From positions 1-40,635 of the forward strand of contig MEDY01000287.1 of the NCBI GenBank assembly GCA_001724265.1: a stretch of DNA of 40,635 nt. Direction: 5' to 3'. This document shows positions 32,015-40,635 of this stretch, piece after piece. Source of the DNA: Rhizaria sp. SCN 62-66 (Eukaryota). The notes beneath the pieces were generated by a model. That model was not told the origin of the DNA. It did not search any database and saw only the letters and a program-made list of their open reading frames with translations. How positions within the stretch are numbered: the stretch's first letter is position 1; each line of letters starts with the position of its first letter. The position numbers and the translations under genes are program-made.

Positions 32015-35000
32015 ATGCAGTCCCCCAGTACCCCCTGGGACGCTGACGGGCCTGCCGTCGACTTCGGCAAGGCCCCATCTGGCGCGCAGTTCAACGCCGC
32101 CGCCGTCGGGTCCGCCTCGCGCCGCGACGCTGCGAGCGGCACGTACCAGGACGCCGTGCGCGCCGCCGTGGCCTCCCTCTTTACGCAGCTTGCCGAGGGC
32201 ACGCCCCCCGCGGTGTCCCCGCGCCGCGTGCTGGCGCACCTGACCCGTCTGGGCCTGCTGGAAGACGATCCGCGCGCGCGGCACACCATGACAGCCCTCC
32301 GCGCCGCGCAGGCCCCCCTGACTCAAGACGCCCTGCTCGCCGTCGTGCGGACCGACTTCACCGTGCTCAAGCTGCTCGTCGGCGACGTTGCCGTGGCCGA
32401 CTTCCCCGCCTTCACGCGCCGCGTCGAAGCGCTCTTCCACTGGGCCGCGCGCGACGCCAGCGGTAACGTCGCGACGTATATCCCCCAACTGGCCAAAGTC
32501 GACCCTGAACAGTGGGGGCTCGCCGTGTGCACGGTCGACGGCCAGCGCGCGCGCTTTGGCGACGCCGCGACGTACTTTTGCGTGCAGTCCTGCTCCAAGC
32601 CCGTCACGTACATGGCCGTGGCGGAGGAGCGCGGCGGCCGCGAGCTGCATCGGTTCGTCGGCCGCGAGCCCTCGGGCCGCGGGTTCAACGAGCGCGTGCT
32701 CCTGCCCGGCGGCAAGCCGCACAACCCGATGATCAACTCCGGCGCGATCATGACGATGTCGCTGTTCGAGCCCGCGCGCGACGAGTCGGCGCGCTTCGAC
32801 GCGCTCCTCGCCCTGTGGTCGCGCCTCGCGGGCGGCGTGCACCGGATCACCTTCGACAACGCGACGTACCTTTCGGAGCGCGCCACGGCGGACCGCAACT
32901 TCTCGCTGGCGTACATGATGCGCGAGGAGGGTGCGTTTGCCGACGGCAGCAAGATGAAAGAAGCGCTGCAGCTCTACTTCATGGCGTGCTCCATCGAGGC
33001 CACGTGCGAAGTTATGGCCTTGGTCGCGGCGACGCTGGCCAACGGCGGCGTGCATCCTCTGACCGGCGACCGGATCTTTTCCCCGCCCGTTGTCCAGGCC
33101 TGTCTGTCGCTGCTGCTCAGCTGCGGCATGTATGACGCCTCCGGTGAGCACGCCTTCAAGGTCGGCTTCCCGTCCAAGTCCGGCGTCTCGGGCGTCCTCA
33201 TGACCATCGTGCCCGGGCGCCTCGGCTTTGCGTCCTGGGCGCCGCGCCTCGACCGGCTCGGCAACAGCGTTCGCGGCAGCCGCTTCTGCCGCGCGTTTAG
33301 CGAGCGCTTCGACTTCCAGCGCTTCCGTAGGCTCACCTGGCCGCGGCCCGTCATGAGCGCCGTCGCCCTCGCAAACGGCACCACAACCGCCAGCGGGTCC
33401 TCGTTAGTGTACGCCGGCTCCGCTGCCAGTCAATCCTCTTCCTCGGCTTCCGCCGCGGCCGCCGCGATTGGCGGCGTGACCGCCGTGGCGGCGCTGGTCG
33501 GCGCGCTGCACAGTCACGGTCACCACGGCCACGGTCGCGGTCACGGGTATAGGCTGCACGGGTCCGGAGCGGCAGTGCGCCGCAGTCGCCGCCGCATCAC
33601 GACTGCTGCTTCTGCTGCGACCAAAACCGGCGCTGGCGGCGTTGCGCTGCCGCCGCGCCGGGGCAGCGCGTCGTCGAGTGCCGGGGACTGCGCCGGCCCT
33701 GGCTCCGACCCCTGCTCTGACGACGTCGACGATGACGGGTGCGACGACACGACTAACGCGGACACCAACGCCGTTGACGTTACCGCGTGCGCCGCTATCG
33801 CCGCGGCCAACGGCAACGGCAACGTGGAGAGCTGCGACGAAGACGACGACGACGACGATGACGAGGCGGGTGTTGCGTGCGCGGCCGAGCTCGAGGCCCG
33901 CGCGCGCACCGCCGCCGAGGAGGCGTCGCTGCTGTTGTGGACGGGCGCGGCCGACAACGACGCGCTGCTCATCCGCCTCGCCGCTGCGCGCGGCGCGCGC
34001 GTGGACGCCGCCGACTACGACGGACGCACCGCCCTGCACCGCGCCGCCGCCGCAGGCCACGCCGGCGCCGCCGAGGAGCTGCTGCGGCTGGGCGGCGCCG
34101 CGGCGGCCGCGCGGGACGCCCGGGGCGAGACGCCTGCCGACGCCGCGCGCCGCCGCGGGTTCGTGGCGCTCGCGCAGAGGCTCGATGAGGCCGCCGCCGA
34201 GGCGGCCGCGGAGGCGTCCGCGAGCAACAGTAACGCCAACGCTAACAACAACAACACGACAAGTACCTCAGAACCCGTGACCGCGAGTTCAAGTGCGGCT
34301 GTGAGCGCGAGTGCAATAAATGCGATGAAGGCGATGAGCTGCCACCCCGCCGACGCCGCCTGCGCTGCGGTCACGTTGGCTCCCGAAGAGGCCCTCGCCG
34401 CGCGGCTGCGACAGGCGCTCGACCAAGAAGGCTGCGGCGGCGTGCCGCTGGGCCGGCTGCTGCGCGTGCTTGCCCGCTCCGGCCTGGCCGCGGGCGGACT
34501 GCCGCAGCGCGTGCTCCGGGCCGCGCGCGCTGCGGGCGCCGTATGGGATGTCCCCGCCGCGGCCCCCACCCATAATGCGCCGGCGGGGGCGGCCGTCATC
34601 GCGGACGAGTGGCAGACACTGCTGTCGACGCCGGGCGGCGCGGAGGCGCTTGACCGGTGCGCGCTGTCGCCCGCTGCCATCGCCGCCGTCGTCGCCGTCG
34701 CGCCAGAAGGCATCGCCGCGCTGGCAGGGTCGGCCGCGGTGCCCGACTGGCCAGCCTTCGCGTCCACCACGGAGCGGCTCGTCGAAGCGGTCGACTTGCA
34801 GACGGAGCGCCACACCGCCGCGGCGGCCGCCGCGCGCGCGCACCGCGGCAGCGTTAGCACTAGCAACAACGACAGCAGCTGCGGCGGCAACAGCGCGGCG
34901 CACGTGCCGGTGGACGACGACGACGACGACGCGGCTGCGGCGGTGCACGGCTCTCCGCTCAACCTCGCGGCCACGCTCGACGGGCGCGCGCTGGGGAGCT

Positions 35001-38000
35001 CCGCATTCGGCCCGCTGCCCGCCGCCGCCGGCAGCCTCCTCGCCCCCGGGGCCGGCGCGAGAGGCGGCGGCCCGGGCGCGGTCGCGGTCGCGGCGCTGCG
35101 GCTGGGAGCGCTTGCGACGGGACACGCCGCGACACCGTTTTTGCCCACCGCGCGCGCCAGCGCCGTGGCCGCGGCGGCACTGGCCGCGCAAGACCTCACT
35201 CTGGCCACGTCTGGTGCGTCACAGACACTGGGCGGTGACGCGTCGCCGCTGCGTGCGCCCGCATTCATTCCCGCGCGCTCGCTCCTGCGCAGCGCCAGCA
35301 ACAGCAACTTCAACAGCAGCAATCTGAACAACACGCTTGCTGCTGCTGCTGCGAGCTCCAACTCCAACACTGCGACTGCTGATGTTGTTGTTGCCGGCAC
35401 CGAGATTGTCGACGGACTGAGCGAGAGCGACCGCGACGACGCCCCGCAGCGCCGGCGCAAGGGCTCGTTGTCTGCGCTGGCCGAGGTGACGCCGTTGGGC
35501 ACACACCAGGTCGCGTTTCGGCCGCCGCGCCGCACGCGCGCGCGCGCGACGGGGCGCGTAGGCAGGCTTGCGCGCATCCGCAGCCAGCGCCCCGGCGCCG
35601 ACGACGACGCTGGCGTGGACGGCGACGGGTTCGCTGGCGACGGCATCGCCGGTCGTGGGCCCGACGGCGACGGCGACGGCGACGACGATGATAATGACGA
35701 TGATGACGGCGAGGAGCACGGCTCCGTATCTGCGTCTGACTACGAAGACTATAGTGAGCCGATGCTGCCGCCGTCCGCCGCCGTCGCCGCGTCGGTCCCC
35801 GTGGCCGCGGACGCGCTCGCTGCCATCCCGGAGGCCTCGCCCACCGACAGCACAGCAGCCGCAGACTTCAACACGGCCGCTCTTGCCACTGCCACTGCCA
35901 CTGCAACCGCGACCGCGACTGGGAGTGCGACTGGGAGTGATGCGCCGCTGCTGCTGCTGCCTTTGCCCGGTGCGGCCGTGTCGCCCGTTGTTAGGCTCGC
36001 GGCCGCCGCGCCCGGGCCCACATCCGCCGCGGCCGCCGCCGCGCTCCACACCGAGGTTACTGCGCCGCTCACTCAGTCCCTCTCTGCGCACAAGGCCCAG
36101 CAGCACGGCGGCGACACCGACGCGCAGCTGGGCCTGGGCGTGAGCGTGGTGACCGTGAGCGGACAGCAGCTCACGGTCCCTCCGCGGCCACTGGGCGCCG
36201 GCGCCGCGCCGCGCGTGGCGGCCCCGCCGCGCTGGCCGCTGCGCAGCCTCTCGCTGCTGGCGCTCTATGTCTCCGCGGCGGAGCTGCTGGGCCCGCGCGC
36301 CGTGCACCGCCGCGTCGGCCGCGAGCCCTCCGGTCGCGGTGTGTTCGACCTGTGCCTCGACCACCGCATGCGCCCGCACAACCCGTTCCTCAGCACGGGC
36401 GGCATCGTCTGCTCGGCGCTGCTCTGTGGCGCGCTTGCGCTCGACCCGGCTGCCGCGCTGTCCGCCGCCTCGCCCTCCGCCGCGCACTTGCCGGGCGGCC
36501 CGGGGTTACGGCTGTCGGCGCGGTCAGTCGCGGCGCACGCGGCCGCACGCGTCGCCGCCTGCCAGGGCCCCGGCGCCAGCGCGCTCGCCGCGCTCCTCCG
36601 CTTGCCGCTCACCGACTCTGGCTCCTCTAACTCTGGCTTTTGTTTTGTGACTGCGGCTGCGGCGACTGCGGCGACGGCTGCGAGCTCAGCCCACAGCCTC
36701 GGCATCGTGCCCGCCGGCGCGACGACGCTGGGCGAAGTGCTGGCGCTGCGCGCGCTGTCACTGCTGCGCGTGGCGGCCGACGTGGACGCGCAGGCCGAGG
36801 GCGTTGCGCAGTGCGACGCTGCGGCCGCCAGCGCACGCGCGCCCCCGTGTTCCTGCGTGTCGGCCGAGTTCAGCCTCGAGCTCGAGTACGGCGCTGTCGC
36901 CGCGCCGCTGCTCTATGTGCTCGCACTGCTTCACGGAATGACCGCCGGCGCGATCCCCGCCGCGTTTTCCGCCGCCGCCGCCGCCTCCGCTGCGACAACA
37001 CCGACTGACGCCGCGAGTACGCATGCGTATGCGCAGGATCCTTCAGTGTGCGGTCCGCACAACCCGCGCGCGGCCGCCGGTGTGTCGCGCGAAGCCCTGG
37101 CCGCAATGCGCAGCGCGTCTGACCGCGACTACTGCCTGGCATTCATGGTCAAGGACGCGGGGTCGATGCCGCCGTCGGTGCGCGCGCACAGGGACGTGCG
37201 CAGTCTGCTGCTGCTCGTCCGCATTATCAGTGCTCTTGAGGCAGACACGGACTCGGGCGCGAACCTCGCCGCCACGCTCGCCAACGGAGGTATGTCGTTG
37301 AGAGCACCTCTCGCCTTAACATCGCTGTTGAATGTGTGTTAACGTTAACGGTCTGTATACTTTAATCTCATCAAATCTCATCAACTTCCATTTCCTTATC
37401 TCTTGTTTGTCGCTTTGCAGGCGTGAACCCCGTGACGCAGCTGCGCGTGGTGTCCGAGACGACAGTGCGGCCGACTCTGGCGCTCATGTCGTCCTGCGGC
37501 GCCGCCACTGCCTCCGGCGAGTTTGCCTTCCACGTCGGTCTCCCGGTCAAAACCTCTCTCCATGGCGCGCTCATCACCGTCTCCCCGGGCCTGTTCGGCG
37601 TATGCACCTACGCCCAGGACGGCAGTCTCTGCGAGTCCAACTCCAACGCCAACAGCAGCGGCGGCGACGACGACGGTGACGCTCACGGCAGCGGCGGCGG
37701 CGGCGGCAAGCCCAGCGGGCGTGCGGACACGAGCGCGGTGACCTCTCCCGCGGCCGCGCCGGGCATGCGCTTTAGCCACACGTTCGCGCGCACTTTCTCG
37801 CTGCACTGCTTCGCGCTGGCCGCGACGGCGCAGGGCCAGAGCGCCGTGCGCGACCCGCGCCGCGGCCGCGGCTATCGGCGCGGGCTCGTCCTGCGGCTGC
37901 TGCTGGCGGCCGGCCGCGGCGACCTCTTCGCTGTGCAGTCTGCGCTGGCCGCGCGGGTGAGCGTGGACGCGCACGATGACGCGGGCCGCTCCGCGCTGCA

Positions 38001-38301
38001 CGTGGCCGCCGAGAACGGCCGCTCTGCAGTCGTCGACGCGCTGCTCGCGTGGGGCGCCAACCCCGCCGTGCGCGACGACAGCGGGGAGACGCCTGCCGAC
38101 GCCACGGCGCGCGCGCTGCGGCAGGCCTCCGCTGCCACTGCAACCGCAGCCGCCGATGTGGCTGTGGAGAGCAGTGGCAGTAATAACGGCGCAGGACATG
38201 GCGGTGCGCGCGATACGCTGGCCAAGGCGCGCGAGCTTGTGCTGCGCCGTTTCCGTGATCTTGCGCACAAGACAGCCAGTGTCCCCGCGCGCAAAGCATA
38301 A
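32015..38301 (+). CDS. GLS: Glutaminase (GLS-type) with ankyrin repeats, tandemly duplicated; join(32015..37289,37421..38301), 2051 aa
   Basis: Unit 1: GLLEDDPR, VATYIPQLAKVDP, FCVQSCSKP, VGREPSG, PHNPMINSGAI, ERATADRNFSLAY, ATLANGG, SCGMYDASG, SKSGVSG, GNSVRG, then ankyrin DYDGRTALH. Unit 2 repeats these blocks in degenerate form and ends in ankyrin DDAGRSALHVAA..G. Confidence 0.92.
37290..37420 (+). other. 131-nt spliceosomal intron in the second glutaminase unit
   Basis: Donor GTATGT at 37290, pyrimidine tract, acceptor TTTGCAG ending 37420. Splicing yields ATLANGGVNPVT, matching unit 1 ATLANGGVHPLT. Confidence 0.92.
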
Positions 38302-39140
38302 GATAGATAAAACATGCGTTGATTGATGCGATTGCTCTACCCTTGCTGTTATACCGTGTCCTCACTCACACAAAGTGTTATCTCGGACAATCGTTGTCTT
38401 TCATTTTTTGAATATATTACAACACTGCTACTTATTTTGCCAAAGAAATTACTCATGCAAATACATTTATCTTGATAAGCTTCCTCTTAAAACTTACACA
38501 TGCATGATCTTACGTACGCTTCGTCATGGTCACGCGTACTGATACCGGTTTGCCGCTCCCGAGAATACCAGTGGACATCGCAAAGTATGCAAAAGTAGGA
38601 AATATAAGCCGATTTTTTATTGGTTGAAATCGTCACTGTCAAACGTGAGAAGCAACTGCATGAGTCATGGACATAACCTTGGGGATCAATCAACCGGCAA
38701 GGCGAGCGTCACAGACCAACACAAATGCAATTCACGATGTAGCTTAAACATTATAAGTTGTGTTTGCTTTTAAAGAAACGACTTGTTGATTCACAAGCAA
38801 AATATGAACGCATTAGTGACACTGGCCGTGTCAAGATGCGATCATACGGATAAAAAACAAAAGAGAGTATTATGCATACAGCTTGTCCTCCATGTCAAGT
38901 TGCGATCTTATGCGAGCAAGCGCTAAAGAGATCATAACCAGGCATATTCAACACAGAGCTGCACTAAGATGCATCATAACCAAGCCAAAATACGTCACCA
39001 AGTGGGCGCAAAGCTAGTTTGTGAGCAAGCGTAGAAAACACCACGCCAGTGTGTGAAAGAAACGAAAAAGGGTGAGATAAACAAAGCTAAATGCGAAACG
39101 TTGCAACAACGCGCACTAGTTGTGTTCAAAGAGTTTTTAA

Positions 39141-40635
39141 TTAGAAGCCGACAACCTGGGCAATCAGCGTATCAGGGTACTTGCGACGGATGAGCTTGGA
39201 GCTCTCAGCGTAGCAGAAGTAGACAATCCAGGCGACAAACGGCACAGCCCAGACGTGGCCGGGGATAGTGCCAAAGCCGAATCCCTCAGAGTTGATGGTG
39301 GGGATAAAGATGAGGCAGAACATGATGATGAGCTCGATTACAACGCCGCCGAGAAGGTTCGTATTGTCGAGGAAGCCGTTTTGCCAGAAGGGCGTGAGGC
39401 GCGTCTTGCAGAAGAAGATGTTGCTGAACTGCGACAGAATGAGCGTCATCCAGTATGCGACCTGCGCGTCGGCCAAAACGTCGAGCTGGGCCTGGTCGTT
39501 GAGCAAGCGGCCCGCATCGGAAATCATATCGGGCGCGCCTTCGCGCCAGTACGTCGTCGCACTGTTCCACAGCCAGGAGATGGGGATGTCGTGGTAGATA
39601 AAGACTAGGAAGTAGGAGGTAAAGCACGCGATCATAACAAGAAAGCCCATAGTGAGGTACGAGTACCCCATTAGACGCCCCGTCACCAGGCGGTCACGAT
39701 TGACGTCGCGCGGCGGCACGTTCATGACGTCTGCCTCGGGTGGCTGGTACGCCAGCGCGACTGAGGGCGCCAGCTCCGTGCCGCAGTCAATTGCGAGCAC
39801 GGCCATTGACCCCAGCGCGAGCGGGATGCCGAAGAGTACGCGCGCGAGCGTCGGTACAACTTCGGCGGTCGAGTGCGTCAGAGTGTACGCAACGGCCTTG
39901 GCAAGGTTGGAGAAGAGCAGGCGGCCCTCCTTAATGCCCGCGACGATCGCGGCGAAGTCGTCGTCGAGCAGGATAATGTCGGCGGCCTCGCGCGCGACGT
40001 CTGAGCCGGAGATGCCCATGGCGACGCCGATGTTGGCCTTCTTGAGCGCGGGCGAGTCGTTGACGCCGTCGCCGGTTACGCAGACGACGTGCTTGAGGCG
40101 TTGCATGTGCTCGACAATCTGCAGCTTCTGCTGCGGCGTCGTGCGCGCAAACACGATCTCGGGCCGCTGCAGGTTTACAGTCCACTGCTCCTCGGTCCAG
40201 TGGCGGATGTCCGTGCCCGTTGCGACCAGCGCCGTCTGCGGCACGACAACGACGTCAACGCCAGCGGCCTCGGGAACAGCGCTCGGAAACGCATCCTCGT
40301 CTTCGTTAACTGCATCGCTCGAAGCGGTACGCCCAACCAGCGGCGTCTTGGAAGCCACAGGTAACATGGCGGGCGCGCCGAACTTGCGGCTCTGCGCGGC
40401 AGCGTCGGGCCCGCCGGCGGCGGCCTCAGCGTCGACCTCGTCCTGCGTGCGCAGCGTGATGATGCCGACCTGGCGCGCGATGGCCTTGGCCGTGAGCGGG
40501 TGGTCGCCCGTCACCATCACCACGCGCACGCCCGCGGCGCGCACGGCGCGCACGGCCGCGGGCACCGTCGCCTTGGGCGGGTCCGCCAGCGAGAGCAGCC
40601 CGACGAAGGTGAAGCCCTCGGCCGGCAGCACGTGC
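39141..40635 (-). CDS. P-type ATPase, P2C (Na+/K+- / H+/K+-like) alpha subunit, C-terminal part (5' truncated by the window end)
   Basis: FVGLLSLADPPK, VVMVTGDHPLTAKAIARQVGII, EIVFARTTPQQKLQIVE, VTGDGVNDSPALKKANIGVAMGISGSDV, EGRLLFSNL.K..AYTLT, PPRD...DRLV, CKTR; all are P2C-typical. Confidence 0.93.
   Translation of the reverse strand, partial: HVLPAEGFTFVGLLSLADPPKATVPAAVRAVRAAGVRVVMVTGDHPLTAKAIARQVGIITLRTQDEVDAEAAAGGPDAAAQSRKFGAPAMLPVASKTPLVGRTASSDAVNEDEDAFPSAVPEAAGVDVVVVPQTALVATGTDIRHWTEEQWTVNLQRPEIVFARTTPQQKLQIVEHMQRLKHVVCVTGDGVNDSPALKKANIGVAMGISGSDVAREAADIILLDDDFAAIVAGIKEGRLLFSNLAKAVAYTLTHSTAEVVPTLARVLFGIPLALGSMAVLAIDCGTELAPSVALAYQPPEADVMNVPPRDVNRDRLVTGRLMGYSYLTMGFLVMIACFTSYFLVFIYHDIPISWLWNSATTYWREGAPDMISDAGRLLNDQAQLDVLADAQVAYWMTLILSQFSNIFFCKTRLTPFWQNGFLDNTNLLGGVVIELIIMFCLIFIPTINSEGFGFGTIPGHVWAVPFVAWIVYFCYAESSKLIRRKYPDTLIAQVVGF

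Noticed and set aside
37423-38301. Stand-alone 292-aa ankyrin protein
   Set aside because: It starts at a GTG right after a splice acceptor and is exon 2 of the glutaminase gene.
1-40635. tRNA, rRNA, CRISPR arrays, telomeric repeats, intact transposons, inteins
   Set aside because: No cloverleaf or T-loop context, no repeat-spacer periodicity, no terminal inverted repeats or transposase/RT ORF, and no intein-like domain was recognised in the low-complexity inserts (by-eye inspection only).

Overview
Gene-dense, intron-poor nuclear DNA from a GC-rich microbial eukaryote (lineage not determinable from the window). It has GC-rich CDSs, AT-richer spacers and short GT-AG spliceosomal introns. Ten protein genes are recognisable: last exon of a TruA-type tRNA pseudouridine synthase (+), FACT subunit SPT16 (-), MTMR14-type phosphoinositide 3-phosphatase (+), Dre2/anamorsin (+, 1 intron), FIG4-type Sac phosphatase (-), tRNA dimethylallyltransferase MiaA/Mod5/TRIT1 (-), a strongly divergent histone H3 (+, 1 intron), a VIT1/CCC1 iron transporter (-), a 2051-aa glutaminase-ankyrin protein (+, 1 intron) and the 3' part of a P2C (Na/K-like) P-type ATPase (-). 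Most notable: (1) the glutaminase is a whole-unit tandem duplication, with an intact copy fused to a copy lacking most catalytic residues; (2) the H3 lacks S10, T11, K56 and K122 equivalents yet has codon usage typical of a highly expressed gene; (3) two spacers hold decayed remnants resembling Crinkler/RHS-type NTPase + PD-(D/E)XK nuclease genes; (4) five enzymes carry very large in-frame low-complexity insertions while the neighbouring genes do not; (5) the ATPase has altered ion-binding residues. All family calls come from motif recognition by eye; no database searches were run.
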